Source of the DNA: a virus
Taxonomy: Duplodnaviria; Caudoviricetes
Reading direction: 5' to 3' (one strand)
Virus record (IMG/VR): IMGVR_UViG_3300043120_000039
Span: 60,996-124,995 of that record
DNA: 64,000 nt
The position numbers were made by a program, and so were the translations under genes. The notes beneath the pieces are model-generated. The model was not told the DNA's origin, did no database searches, and saw only the letters and a program-made list of their open reading frames with translations. This document shows positions 10,756 through 21,089 of the stretch, piece after piece; the first letter of the stretch is position 1, and every line of letters starts with the position of its first letter.

Positions 10756-11073
10756 ATGACAGAACAAAATAACACACAAGTATCAATCATTCCAAAATCA
10801 GATGAAGCTCGTGAAAAGTTTTATGCACGTTGCAATGAATGGATTGGATTGCAATATCAGATTGAATCAGCACAGGAGGCTCAGAAAGAGTTGATGAATC
10901 TTATTGCAGATGATTTTGTAGAAGCTAATCCTGATGTTAAAAAGGGTGATGTTAAGAAACGTACAGGTTTGATGATTAAAGAGTTTCTCGAAGGTAAGGC
11001 TACAGCAGAAGCACAACTTTGTGACGATGTTCTTGGTGACTATTCAATTGCACAGAAATTCTTGAAAGGGTAA
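10756..11073 (+). CDS. small helical protein, possibly DsbA/GapR-like DNA-binding
   Basis: size and coiled-coil pattern; strong RBS; function weakly inferred. Confidence 0.4.
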   Translation: MTEQNNTQVSIIPKSDEAREKFYARCNEWIGLQYQIESAQEAQKELMNLIADDFVEANPDVKKGDVKKRTGLMIKEFLEGKATAEAQLCDDVLGDYSIAQKFLKG

Positions 11074-11078
11074 TATTT

Positions 11079-11303
11079 ATGACACTAAATGAACTAATGG
11101 ATGAACTACAAGATTTGAAAGATTCAGGTGTAAGTGGTGGAACTGAAGTACGAGTTTATGCAGATCATGGACAAATGAGTATGACTTGTGGTGGAGCTGG
11201 AATCTCTTATATTGAAGAGGAAGGTTACAGTGTGGAGAGTATTCACCCTGATGACTTAGAGGACTATCCTGATGCAATTAAAGTTGTAGAGGTTTGGGGA
11301 TAA
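11079..11303 (+). CDS. hypothetical acidic protein
   Basis: 74-aa ORF MTLNELMDELQDL. Confidence 0.65.
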   Translation: MTLNELMDELQDLKDSGVSGGTEVRVYADHGQMSMTCGGAGISYIEEEGYSVESIHPDDLEDYPDAIKVVEVWG

Positions 11304-11607
11304 TTTTATAGGATTATATTCCTAATAATGTGATATTGTTGGGAATATAATCCATGTTTTGGTGGAGATTAAGTTCTCCCATTTTGGTAATAACTTATTC
11401 CAAAAGGTTATTTCACAAAACAATGATTTCCTGAGAAAATAGAATATTACCTTTGATAAAGGAGAATAACTTTGACAGAAGAAGTAATAATTCTCAGGAT
11501 AGATGAAATTATGGAGAAGATTGTCTCTGACCAAACAGGGACTTTCCTGCACATAGAGAAAACTATTCTGAGGGAGTGGATTGAGGATGTATTGATGGAG
11601 ATTGTGG

Positions 11608-12366
11608 ATGGATGATGTAGAAGTATTATACGATGGAGATTTAATAACACGTAAGGAAGCCTTTAATAGTAATGGGGTATATTATTTTACAGGGAAGCCT
11701 TGCAAGTACAACCATATAGATAGAAGAGAGGTATGCTCTGGGCAATGTGTTAGATGTAAGCGGTTGAGAACTAGTCGGTATAGGAATGAAGGTTCCGTCG
11801 ATAAGCCCATAAAACCAACACCCTCTGTAGAGAGGCTTATCTACCTCTTTAATTTTGATTTGGATAAAGGTATTATTTATTACAAAGAACGTCCAAAAAC
11901 CTACTTTAAAGATCTACGAGCATATAAAGCTTACAATACAAGATTTCTTGGAAAGCAAGCCGGAAGTTTGCAGAAGTCTGTAGGTTATAGGGAAATACGT
12001 ATTGACGGAGAGTTGTTCAGGGAACACAGAGTTTTGTGGAAAGTTGCTTATGGGAAAGATGCTGATAGTCTTATAGATCATATAAACGGAATAAAAGAAG
12101 ATAATCGCCTCACAAATCTCAGAGAAGGCACTAACCAAGAGAATAGTGCCAACAAAACCCCCAGTAGGAATCATACAAGTTACAAAGGTGTTACGTATCG
12201 TAAAGGTAAGTGGGATGTAACTATATCCAAAGATAACGGAGAAACGATTGCTCGTAAGTCTTTTAATTCTGAAATAGAAGCTGCAAAATATTATAACAAA
12301 AAGGCTAGAGAATTCTTTGGTGATTTTGCAAAACTTAACATTATAGAGGAAAATGATGACAAATAA
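11608..12366 (+). CDS. HNH-AP2 homing endonuclease
   Basis: HRVLW...IDHINGIKEDNRLTNLR HNH, C-terminal YKGV...AAKYYN...FGDFA AP2 domain, N-terminal YFTGKPCK..H. Confidence 0.9.
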   Translation: MDDVEVLYDGDLITRKEAFNSNGVYYFTGKPCKYNHIDRREVCSGQCVRCKRLRTSRYRNEGSVDKPIKPTPSVERLIYLFNFDLDKGIIYYKERPKTYFKDLRAYKAYNTRFLGKQAGSLQKSVGYREIRIDGELFREHRVLWKVAYGKDADSLIDHINGIKEDNRLTNLREGTNQENSANKTPSRNHTSYKGVTYRKGKWDVTISKDNGETIARKSFNSEIEAAKYYNKKAREFFGDFAKLNIIEENDDK

Positions 12367-13885
12367 ATTTTCAATGAGTTTCAAACCTTCGGGACAGGTT
12401 GTTGATAGTGGTGAATTAGACCAGAAGAAAGAGTTTATTCGTGATGAAAGTGATAATAAGTTATTTTCAAATATTCAGGTTGATGATATAAAGTCCGTCA
12501 CCGATGAGAACACAGAATGGTATCTTGATGGAGACGGGATCGTCTGGAAGTCATGTTCTTCTGTAGAAAGCCTATACCTTGAAGTGACAAACCTTGTAAC
12601 AAAAGAGACCTTTGAGATTGAAAATATAACAAAATTTAAAGGTTCAACAAAAGAGATTTCCGAAAACTCATGGTTAGGTACTGAGAATGTTAAAAGATTA
12701 GCTAAAGGTTTAGAACCATATACTGTGGACGATTTTGAAATCAAGCAGAAATCAAGATTGAATTATAGTTCCGAGGATAAAGCTTTTGAACAAGTTCAGA
12801 TCATGATTAGAACTAAACTTAAAAACCTAAGACAACAGTTCCTGATTGATAATATTAGATTCTGTATTGGGGAAGGTAAATGTTTCAGGAATGATGTACC
12901 TACTGTAGAACCTTATAAGGGTCAACGCTCCGAACTCAGACCAATCTTACTAAAGAGGACAAGAGATTGGGTTATTAAAGATTTAAATGGCTTATTAGCA
13001 CCACAAGGTTACGAAAATGATGACTTCGTAGAGTGGCATGGGGCTGAGGGGTTTAAGAATTTTAAGAAGACTAATATCTTCACAAAAGGGGTCATAGCTG
13101 AAGATAAGGACGCACTATCAAACGCAAAGTTGTTGATATCGTTCGGGGTACATACTGGAGAAGACAACCCTAATAAAGGTAAATTTAAATTCCCAAAACC
13201 TTGGTTGATTGGTGACACGTCAATGTCTGTTGGGGAAATAGATCTAGTAGTGAAAGGGGTTAAAAATCCTAAAAAGGAATGTAAAGCCACAGGACTTAAG
13301 TGGTTGATTTTACAGGCATTTTTCTTAGGTGATACCTCAGATCATTATAAACCATTACAACATTTACGAGAATATAAGACCAATTATGGTGATGTTCAGG
13401 CATATAATGATTTTGTAAGTCTAAAAACACCACAGGAAGTCTTACAAAAAGCGGTAGACCTATATGCAGAAATGTTCCCATATGGTATTACATACACTGA
13501 CCACAAAGGGGTGCTTCATGACGTACCAACTATTGAATATATGAACACGTATTTTAAAGTTGCTTATATGACTAGATCTCCTTCTGATCCGACAGATTTT
13601 TATGTGTTATGTAAAGCTTTCAATGTTGATACAAGTAAAATCACCAACAACAATCTTTACTATCCACCACAAAAAGTATATGTTGGCAATGAAGAACATT
13701 CTCAAGAAGTTATGTCTCTTGTAGAAAGCATTCTCAAAGATGACCTCAAAGGTTTCAAAACTTTGAAAAAGGCTGATGCTGCAGAACGGATTGATATTAT
13801 CAAAGCGAAGCTTGAATCAATTAATTTTGATAGTCATTATGAAATGCAGCAAAAACGCAAGGAACATTTGGAGGTAAGTGAATGA
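12353..13885 (+). CDS. 5'-3' exonuclease (FEN/T7 gp6-like)
   Basis: LDGDG, FR...YKGQR, YENDD, EDKD and GDTSDHY acidic motifs. Confidence 0.8.
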   Translation: MMTNKFSMSFKPSGQVVDSGELDQKKEFIRDESDNKLFSNIQVDDIKSVTDENTEWYLDGDGIVWKSCSSVESLYLEVTNLVTKETFEIENITKFKGSTKEISENSWLGTENVKRLAKGLEPYTVDDFEIKQKSRLNYSSEDKAFEQVQIMIRTKLKNLRQQFLIDNIRFCIGEGKCFRNDVPTVEPYKGQRSELRPILLKRTRDWVIKDLNGLLAPQGYENDDFVEWHGAEGFKNFKKTNIFTKGVIAEDKDALSNAKLLISFGVHTGEDNPNKGKFKFPKPWLIGDTSMSVGEIDLVVKGVKNPKKECKATGLKWLILQAFFLGDTSDHYKPLQHLREYKTNYGDVQAYNDFVSLKTPQEVLQKAVDLYAEMFPYGITYTDHKGVLHDVPTIEYMNTYFKVAYMTRSPSDPTDFYVLCKAFNVDTSKITNNNLYYPPQKVYVGNEEHSQEVMSLVESILKDDLKGFKTLKKADAAERIDIIKAKLESINFDSHYEMQQKRKEHLEVSE

Positions 13886-13983
13886 CCAAAATACTGGGTA
13901 TTGACCAATCATTATCTAAATGTGCTTTTGTTCAGATGGTTGATGGCCTTATACGGAGGTATTATGAGGAAATTCCCCAATAG
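13882..13983 (+). pseudogene. orphaned N-terminal stub of the RuvC-like gene (MTKILGIDQSLSKCAFVQMVDG...)
   Basis: ATGA overlap with the exonuclease stop, GGAGG RBS; aligns with MIIFANDQSYSNFAVVVFKDG at 14919. Confidence 0.75.
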
Positions 13984-14911
13984 AAAGGCAAGAGATCTTT
14001 ATTTTAGAAACCGAAACCATGTTTTAGGTAAACTGTTCCCAACTAAAGGAGGGCATGTCTTTGTAGTTAGTGAATATATAACTAATAGTGTAATACATGG
14101 AAATTTCTTAGGGTCTACAGTAAAAGTAACAACAACATTACGTAATCTTAATAATGGATTGATAAAACATCCTTGCGAAAAACAAATGGTATTAGAAGGT
14201 ACTATTAATTGTAGCAAGAAATATGGGGAGATGTATCTTGAAAATTATGTCACCAGTTCTATTGTGTTTGTAAGATTTTTAAATACAGGTAGTACTACAA
14301 AAACTACGTTTAAAGCGTTTAGATCTGGTAATGTCAAGGATTATGAAGCTCCAACTGTTTATGGAAAAGGTATTTTAGGTTCAGGGGAATTCAAATTATC
14401 AAAAGACCCATCTGATATTGTAAATATCGCATACAAAAAGTGGAGTGCCATGTTAAGAAGAGTATATGTTTCTGACCATATACACAAAGACCCTACATAC
14501 AAAGATTGTGTGGTAGATGCGATATGGTTGAATTTTCAGAACTTTGCAAAATGGTATACAGATTCTTGTGTAGATACTACTTATGAACTTGATAAAGATT
14601 TATTATTTAAAGGTAATAAATTATACTCACCCTACACATGTACACTCTTACCAAAAGAGATAAATACTACCTTAACCAAGAATGATAAAAACAGAAGTGA
14701 TTATGGTATCGGTGTAGGCTTAAGAGAAAATGGTACATATAGATCTAATAGTAAACTTAGTAACTACTATAAAAGTAGAGATCAAGCATTTTTGGAATAC
14801 AAGCTATGTAAGGAAGGTAGATTACAGAAGTTGGCAGAAAAATATAAAGACACTTTAAGTAAAGATGCTTATATAGCTTTATATGATTATAAAGTACTAA
14901 TGGGGGATTAA
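13964..14911 (+). CDS. HNH-type homing endonuclease
   Basis: W..ML.R...Y.DC....WLNFQNFAKW...ELDKDLL.KGNKLYSP.TC motif; GGAGGT RBS before ATG 13964. Confidence 0.85.
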   Translation: MRKFPNRKARDLYFRNRNHVLGKLFPTKGGHVFVVSEYITNSVIHGNFLGSTVKVTTTLRNLNNGLIKHPCEKQMVLEGTINCSKKYGEMYLENYVTSSIVFVRFLNTGSTTKTTFKAFRSGNVKDYEAPTVYGKGILGSGEFKLSKDPSDIVNIAYKKWSAMLRRVYVSDHIHKDPTYKDCVVDAIWLNFQNFAKWYTDSCVDTTYELDKDLLFKGNKLYSPYTCTLLPKEINTTLTKNDKNRSDYGIGVGLRENGTYRSNSKLSNYYKSRDQAFLEYKLCKEGRLQKLAEKYKDTLSKDAYIALYDYKVLMGD

Positions 14912-14918
14912 ATTTTTA

Positions 14919-15539
14919 ATGATTATATTTGCAAATGACCAATCCTATAGTAATTTTGCGGTTGTTGTCTTCAAAGATGGTATTCCTATTGACAGAGAAG
15001 TCTTCCATACAGGTGGTGTCAACAAGAGTAATGAAGATAAAGTGTTTGGTGAATACTTCCCTACTATGCAACAACAGTTGATGTACCTTATGCACCAATA
15101 TGAAGAATTCTTCATGAAACATAAACCAGAGAAACTTGTCTTTGAAGGACTTGCCTTTGGTGCAAAAGGTGATAGAGTTTTTCAACTTGGTGGATTGTTT
15201 TACCACATTACAACAACTCTTTGTGAGAAAGGTTTGATTTTACCAGAAGATATTATCACTGTTACACCAACAGAAGTTAAATCTATTGCACGAGAAGATT
15301 TGATTGGTGATGAACAGTATGCTTCTGACAAGAACGGTATTATTTACCTCAAGAGTAAGAAACCTAAGCTCAATCCGATGAAAGAGAAAAAGTGGGTGAA
15401 GAAAGCTCTGTGTAATACTCAAGATGCTTGGTTGGTAGATGGTTATACAACTTCATCAAAGAGTAAACCAACTGGTGCACATGATATCCCTGATGCATAT
15501 TATATTGGTAAAGCTTATCTAAGGAAGGTTAATGCCTAA
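14919..15539 (+). CDS. RuvC-like Holliday junction resolvase
   Basis: NDQS, VFEG, P.EVK and DIPDAY catalytic motifs. Confidence 0.75.
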   Translation: MIIFANDQSYSNFAVVVFKDGIPIDREVFHTGGVNKSNEDKVFGEYFPTMQQQLMYLMHQYEEFFMKHKPEKLVFEGLAFGAKGDRVFQLGGLFYHITTTLCEKGLILPEDIITVTPTEVKSIAREDLIGDEQYASDKNGIIYLKSKKPKLNPMKEKKWVKKALCNTQDAWLVDGYTTSSKSKPTGAHDIPDAYYIGKAYLRKVNA

Positions 15540-16083
15540 ACGTAGAAAGAGACGCTCGAAGTCAATAATTCTTGATGATAGAATGTGGGTTAAATCTACG
15601 GATGTGAAGGATGTCAGAGAAGAGAAACTTCGTGAGCAAGGGGGTAACTGTGCTATACACGGTAATCCTCCTGAGAAGCCTGTTCTCGACCATTCTCATA
15701 TGTTCTATGAAGATAATTGTGATATTAATCCTTATAATGAACCGGGTCGCTGCAGAGGTGTGCTGGAATCAGCGGTCAACATGTTAGAAGGCCGATATCT
15801 GAAACTTTATCAAAAAGCACGTATTCAAGAAAAGTATGGAATTTCTTTTCCAGATATGTTGATTAATATGGGAGAATATCTTAAACTGGACAACTCCCAA
15901 GAAAAGTTTCATTATATGTATGTCACTGAGATGCGCAAGAAAGTTAAATATTGGAGGAAAGATTACTTGCTTTTGAGACTCAAAGAAGATTATAATCTTG
16001 CGCCAGATAGTAAAACTTTAATGGAAGATCTTGTTCAAATGTACATGCAATCTTGGGTTTATGACGTGGAGAAAATGTTTTGA
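15532..16083 (+). CDS. endonuclease VII-like protein
   Basis: QGGNCAI...VLDHSH...CRGVL...N..EG; some zinc cysteines replaced. Confidence 0.75.
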   Translation: MPKRRKRRSKSIILDDRMWVKSTDVKDVREEKLREQGGNCAIHGNPPEKPVLDHSHMFYEDNCDINPYNEPGRCRGVLESAVNMLEGRYLKLYQKARIQEKYGISFPDMLINMGEYLKLDNSQEKFHYMYVTEMRKKVKYWRKDYLLLRLKEDYNLAPDSKTLMEDLVQMYMQSWVYDVEKMF

Positions 16084-16280
16084 CAAAAGTTAATAAATAT
16101 CAAGCAGTAAAACTTCTGAGTGCTCAGAAAATCTATGATGCTATGCCAGATGAAGACCTTTATCTTGGTAATGGTAAGTATTTGACAATCTATGATATTC
16201 TGGCAGGATTAGATGTTACCAAAGAGGATATTGAATATACAAATAATCTTACTTTTAAAGAACTAGGTTTATTGGATTAA
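16080..16280 (+). CDS. hypothetical protein
   Basis: 66-aa ORF overlapping the upstream stop. Confidence 0.6.
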   Translation: MTKVNKYQAVKLLSAQKIYDAMPDEDLYLGNGKYLTIYDILAGLDVTKEDIEYTNNLTFKELGLLD

Positions 16281-16476
16281 AACAGTTGACAATAATTGTT
16301 TCTGTGTTATTATCAATATTCCTATGACACCAAAAGGAGAACTTTATGTACTGGCTAAAACGTTTATGGAAAAGATTGTTGTGTAGTCATTCAAATACAC
16401 ACTATACAGAAACAGAATGCTTTCATGTAACTACTTGTCAAGATTGTGGTCATCAACACCTTGAACGGAAGATTAG

Positions 16477-17034
16477 ATGATGCGTAAATTAAAGAATAAA
16501 CTCAAGCAGAGACTTGTGCCACACTTCGATAAAGCATTAGACTTTTCAATGCCAATGTTGCTTGGAACACTTGTTGCTTCTGCAATCTTGGTAAGTTGTG
16601 ATGCAAAGAGTAGTGAGGTTGAGAATGTTCACGATATCATGAAAGCTGATGTTGGTGACAGAACTTGCCTTGTGATGAATCTTTACCATGAAAGTCGCAG
16701 TGACTCTGATATGGCAAACATTATGGTTCTCAATAGTGTGTTCAATCGTGTTAAATCTAAGAACTTTCCAAATACACCTTGTGAGGTAATTAAACAGAAA
16801 TTTCAGTATTCGTGGTCATCGGATGGTCGTGATGATTTAATGAAAGATAAACATCAAATTAAGAGATTAACTAAACTTGTAGATAAGTACATTCTTAATA
16901 AAGAGTTGTTTCTTTCGTTGTCACAAGGGGTGGATCACTATCATCATGTGAACATCACTCCAGAGTGGAGCACTTCATCAAGGATGAAGAAGGTTACTAC
17001 AATTGATAACCACACATTTTATAAGAGGAAATAG
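16477..17034 (+). CDS. SleB-like cell wall hydrolase (Hydrolase_2)
   Basis: CL..NLYHESR, V.NRVKS..FPNT.CEVI.Q..QYSW, IDNHTFY; N-terminal hydrophobic segment. Confidence 0.85.
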   Translation: MMRKLKNKLKQRLVPHFDKALDFSMPMLLGTLVASAILVSCDAKSSEVENVHDIMKADVGDRTCLVMNLYHESRSDSDMANIMVLNSVFNRVKSKNFPNTPCEVIKQKFQYSWSSDGRDDLMKDKHQIKRLTKLVDKYILNKELFLSLSQGVDHYHHVNITPEWSTSSRMKKVTTIDNHTFYKRK

Positions 17035-17040
17035 AGTTTT

Positions 17041-17663
17041 ATGTTAGAGATTGAAGATGTAAAGATGATTGATTCTTTTGATTTGGATAAGCTAGTGGTT
17101 GCCACGTATGGTAGACCATATTGCTTTCAACAACAAGACGATTGTAAACCAAGAGGTATCCATCGAGTAAGTGTTCCTCCAAAATATGTACACGATTACC
17201 CAAACGATACCTTACCAGAGATTGTAAATCACCATAAAATGGTGGTTTCTTTTAAGGCTTGGTTGGAACGTAACCCTAACCAACCACTAAAGTCTGAATT
17301 GGATGAGAGAGATGATAAATTTGGTATTGAATTATGGTGGCAGCGAAACTTCTACCCTAGCTCCTCCATGATTTTACAGGATCTTCATAGCAAGGGATTA
17401 ATCCCAGAAGGTAAATATATTATTAATATTGATTGGTAAGGAGAACTTTCTTGAACAACCCTAAAGATTATTGGTTCCATCCCACACCTCGTATCAATGG
17501 ATTCATTTACATTAAAGATGGAGAAGGTCGATTTGTCACAATCAACCATAAATTGAAGAAATTTAAAACTGTAACCAAAGCTGCACAGTTTATTTATAAA
17601 CTTGAATATGCGCGAAATGTTAAGCTTCGTGAAGAGAAGAAGTTACTTGAGAAAGGAGAGTAG
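17041..17663 (+). CDS. two hypothetical genes (17041-17439, 17433-17663)
   Basis: contiguous ORFs. Confidence 0.6.
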
Positions 17664-17664
17664 T

Positions 17665-18639
17665 TTGTCAAAATATACACAAGAGCAAGTTGATAAAATC
17701 ATTGAACTTCATTTACAGGGAGTTTCATCTCGTAAGATTTGTCGTGAATTAGGGATTTCTGAGAAGAAGAAATCTAGTGTAAATTATATCCTTTCTGATT
17801 GGCGGGAAGGTAAGGTGAAGTATAGTAAGAGTGATACAACTTTAAAAACTCTACATCCTAAAGTGCTTCTGATCGATCTGGAAACTGCCCCATGTACTTT
17901 ATATGGGTGGTCTTTATGGAATCAGAACTTTGGACTTAATCAAATTGAGAGTGAATGGTATATTCTTAGCTACTCAGCGAAATGGCTTGGTTCCGACGAT
18001 GTGATGTATAAAGACTTAAAAGGTAAGGTAAATACCGAAGATGATTCAGAGTTACTACATGACCTTTGGTGCCTTATGGATGAAGCAGAGGTGGTTGTCG
18101 GTCAAAACCATCGACGATTTGACATCAAGAAACTTAATGCTCGTCTGATTATGAATGGATACAAACCATACTCTCCTGTTAAAACAGAAGATACTCTTGA
18201 TATTGCTAAACGTAAGTTTGGGTTCACGTCTAATAAGCTTGAATGGATGACTGATAAGCTTTGTGTTGAATTTAAGAAACAGACACATGGGAGTTTCGCT
18301 GGTTTTGAACTTTGGAAGCAATGTATGCTTGAGAATGAAGAAGCTTGGGAAGAAATGAGAGTTTATAACATCTATGATGTATTATCTTTAGAGGAATTGT
18401 GGTTAAAACTACGTGCTTGGGATGATCGTTCTGTAAACTATGCACTCTACTTGGATGATACACACACACGTTGCACATGTGGCTCTACACATCTTGTTGA
18501 AGATGGTTATGCTTATACATCACTGAGTAAATTCCAACAGTATCGTTGTCAAGATTGTGGGAGTTTTGTTCGGGGACGTGTTAATTTGTTTTCTAAAGAT
18601 AAACGTGCAAGTTTACTTATGAATGTAACTAATCGGTGA
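17665..18639 (+). CDS. RNase H-fold 3'-5' exonuclease with N-terminal HTH and C-terminal zinc ribbon
   Basis: LIDLET, N.RRFDIK, DTL, YNIYDV DEDDy motifs; CTCGS...CQDCG. Confidence 0.8.
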   Translation: MSKYTQEQVDKIIELHLQGVSSRKICRELGISEKKKSSVNYILSDWREGKVKYSKSDTTLKTLHPKVLLIDLETAPCTLYGWSLWNQNFGLNQIESEWYILSYSAKWLGSDDVMYKDLKGKVNTEDDSELLHDLWCLMDEAEVVVGQNHRRFDIKKLNARLIMNGYKPYSPVKTEDTLDIAKRKFGFTSNKLEWMTDKLCVEFKKQTHGSFAGFELWKQCMLENEEAWEEMRVYNIYDVLSLEELWLKLRAWDDRSVNYALYLDDTHTRCTCGSTHLVEDGYAYTSLSKFQQYRCQDCGSFVRGRVNLFSKDKRASLLMNVTNR

Positions 18640-19009
18640 TTTAACATGAAAGAAACCAAAGCCTTAATTGAGCATCTTTTCACACAACAAGGATTACCTA
18701 TTCCACAAAGTGAAGAAGATATTTATCAACCTAAACTTGTCCCACATCTTATGTGCATTTTAGCAGATTTGTGTGAAGCAAGTGGTGTTTATCAGAAAGA
18801 GGATAAGCCTCTAGAGTAAGTATGGTTGAATTATTAATACTCTACATCATAATCACAATTGTTATTGGAAAATTCTTGCATTATTTGACAACTAAACCAT
18901 TGACAAAATGTGATTATGTGGTAATATTGACTGTAGCTAATGGAATAGCTATTTTAATAACAGGGTTGTTTTGGTTGAGTAAGATTATAATTTAGAAAGG
19001 AGAATGATA

Positions 19010-19138
19010 ATGGCAAAGAATAAACAGCGTAAAAGTGTTAAAGAAATGTCGCTTGAAGCATTGCGTTCCGAATTGAAGAATGCATCTGGTTCACGAAAGT
19101 CTCAAATTGTGAATGAAATTAATCGTCGTGTGAAGTGA
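19010..19138 (+). CDS. small basic protein (42 aa, MAKNKQRKSVK...)
   Basis: read manually; AAGGAG RBS; TTGACA promoter at ~18900. Confidence 0.55.
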   Translation: MAKNKQRKSVKEMSLEALRSELKNASGSRKSQIVNEINRRVK

Positions 19139-19146
19139 GGTGATTC

Positions 19147-19986
19147 TTGCTTAAATACGAAGAAGATTACCTAAAACTTTGTCATCGGGTGCTTGATGAA
19201 GGTGAATGGCTTTATAACGAACGCACAGGTAAAAAGTGTCTTACAGTAATTAATCACGATTTTGTTTACGATGTAGCTAAAGGTGAAGTCCCACTTCTTA
19301 CTACAAAGCAATGTTTCACAGTGTCAGCTATTGCAGAAATCATTGGTTACCTTCGCAAATATACAAATGCACAAGACTTTGCGAATATTGGCTCTCCAAC
19401 ATGGTTCTCAAATGCCAACAAAAATACGAGCTGGAATAATAACCCACACCGTAAAGGAGAGAATGATTTAGGTTTAGTGTATGGAGCTGTTACAGGTGAT
19501 ACTCTTGAGAAGATATACAACAACCTAAGCAAAGGTATTGATGATCGCGGTGAAATCTATCAGATGTGGAAGCCAGAAATTTTTGAATATGGTTGTTTAC
19601 GTCCATGTGCATTTGAACATATCTGGAGTCTTGTGAAGGGTAAACTAAGTTTAACTGTTACTCAACGCAGCGGAGATTTACCATTGGGCGTACCGTTTAA
19701 TAGTCTAAGTTTTATGTTCCTACTAAAACTCATGGCTAAGATTACAGGTAATATCCCTGATAAGGTTTATCATAAAATTATCAATTGCCATATTTATGAA
19801 GACCAGATTGAACCTTTAAAAGAACAGTTGTCACGCACACCATTAGATATTCATCCAGAACTTAAGATTAATGGCTGGGTAGAACACCTAGAGGATGTTA
19901 CCAAAAGTAATTGTCATGCAAGAGAATACTTTACTTTGACAGGATATGAACACTTAGGTAAGATTGTGTTTCCTTTTAGTGAGTAG
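19147..19986 (+). CDS. thyA: thymidylate synthase
   Basis: NERTG, PLLTTK, LRPC catalytic Cys, QRSGDLPLGVPFN, HIYEDQ. Confidence 0.95.
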   Translation: MLKYEEDYLKLCHRVLDEGEWLYNERTGKKCLTVINHDFVYDVAKGEVPLLTTKQCFTVSAIAEIIGYLRKYTNAQDFANIGSPTWFSNANKNTSWNNNPHRKGENDLGLVYGAVTGDTLEKIYNNLSKGIDDRGEIYQMWKPEIFEYGCLRPCAFEHIWSLVKGKLSLTVTQRSGDLPLGVPFNSLSFMFLLKLMAKITGNIPDKVYHKIINCHIYEDQIEPLKEQLSRTPLDIHPELKINGWVEHLEDVTKSNCHAREYFTLTGYEHLGKIVFPFSE

Positions 19987-19994
19987 GAGTTTCC

Positions 19995-20483
19995 ATGATT
20001 AAAATGATTTTGGCAACAGATATCAATGGAGGGTTAGGTTATGAAAACTCATTACCTTGGCACATTCCAGAAGATTTAAAATACTTTAGAGATATCACAC
20101 AAGGTAAAACTGTTGTCATGGGGCGTAAGACTTTTGAAAGTTTACCCTTTAAGAATGGGTTACCTAACAGATTAAACTGGATTATCTCTCATAATAAAAA
20201 GGCAGCAGGTATTGGGAATATTGTCACAGATGTGTCAGCATGGGAATCCCATTCGGAATACTTAAATCGTGTTAGAGGTAATATTTGGATTATTGGTGGA
20301 AAATCAATCTATGAACAACTCTTCCCATTTGTAGAGGAAGTTCATCACACTAAGATCAATGCTTCTTATGGATGTGATACTTTTATTGATACAAACCTTT
20401 GGGAAAATAATCCTGATTTTAAGGTTGTAGAAACTGTACCACTATGTGATAATGTCGGTGTTAATATTTGGAGGAAAGTATAG
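19995..20483 (+). CDS. folA: dihydrofolate reductase
   Basis: LPWHIPEDLKYF, VMGRKTFESL, LPNR, IIGG, CDTF. Confidence 0.95.
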   Translation: MIKMILATDINGGLGYENSLPWHIPEDLKYFRDITQGKTVVMGRKTFESLPFKNGLPNRLNWIISHNKKAAGIGNIVTDVSAWESHSEYLNRVRGNIWIIGGKSIYEQLFPFVEEVHHTKINASYGCDTFIDTNLWENNPDFKVVETVPLCDNVGVNIWRKV

Positions 20484-21089
20484 TTGAATAAAGATTTAAT
20501 GTTTTCATCACAAAATCAACAATGGGGCACTCGATGGAAGACGTTTTATAGTATCCAAGAACAGTTAGGACGTAAATATAATCTCGACCCTTGCGCATTG
20601 CCTGAAACAGCAAAATGTAATATGTACATCACACCAGAAATGGACATGTTCTCTTACGAAACTTTAGAAGGTTTCCAAACAGCACTCGGTGAACCTATTC
20701 AAATGTTTGTTAACCCTGAGTATGGTCGTAATCAAAAGAAATTTATCGAGAAAGTTGTTGATTGGTGTGAATATGATGGTGTTATTGCGGATGTATTGAT
20801 CCCATCTAGGACAGATACAGAACTATACCACGACATTATATTAAACAAAGCCACATCTATCCGATTCGTAAAAGGTCGTATTACTTTCGGTATGGATGAG
20901 TATTGGGAGTGGCTTTGGGAACAAGAGATTGTTTACGGTAAGAAGAACAGTCTGTATGGTAAACACGGTAAGCTTAATCCAGCACCTTTTCCCTCAATGA
21001 TTGTAAGTTTTGGAGAGACTAAACCTTTTGAATATGGTTCTATTGTTCTACCAAAGGAGAAGTATAAGGAGAATAAATGTCAGATGTAA
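20484..21089 (+). CDS. phage DNA N6-adenine methyltransferase (T1/HP1 Dam-like family)
   Basis: W.T, LDPCA, FVNPEYG (NPPY variant), LIPSRTDT, GRITF, APFPS. Confidence 0.8.
   Translation: MNKDLMFSSQNQQWGTRWKTFYSIQEQLGRKYNLDPCALPETAKCNMYITPEMDMFSYETLEGFQTALGEPIQMFVNPEYGRNQKKFIEKVVDWCEYDGVIADVLIPSRTDTELYHDIILNKATSIRFVKGRITFGMDEYWEWLWEQEIVYGKKNSLYGKHGKLNPAPFPSMIVSFGETKPFEYGSIVLPKEKYKENKCQM

Noticed and set aside
13901-13963. ORF-track N-terminal extension of the HNH gene from TTG 13901
   Set aside because: It overlaps the RuvC stub in another frame; the GGAGGT RBS supports ATG 13964
13882-14918. Group I intron splitting ruvC
   Set aside because: No room or P/Q/R/S elements around the HNH ORF, and the downstream gene already has its own complete N-terminus
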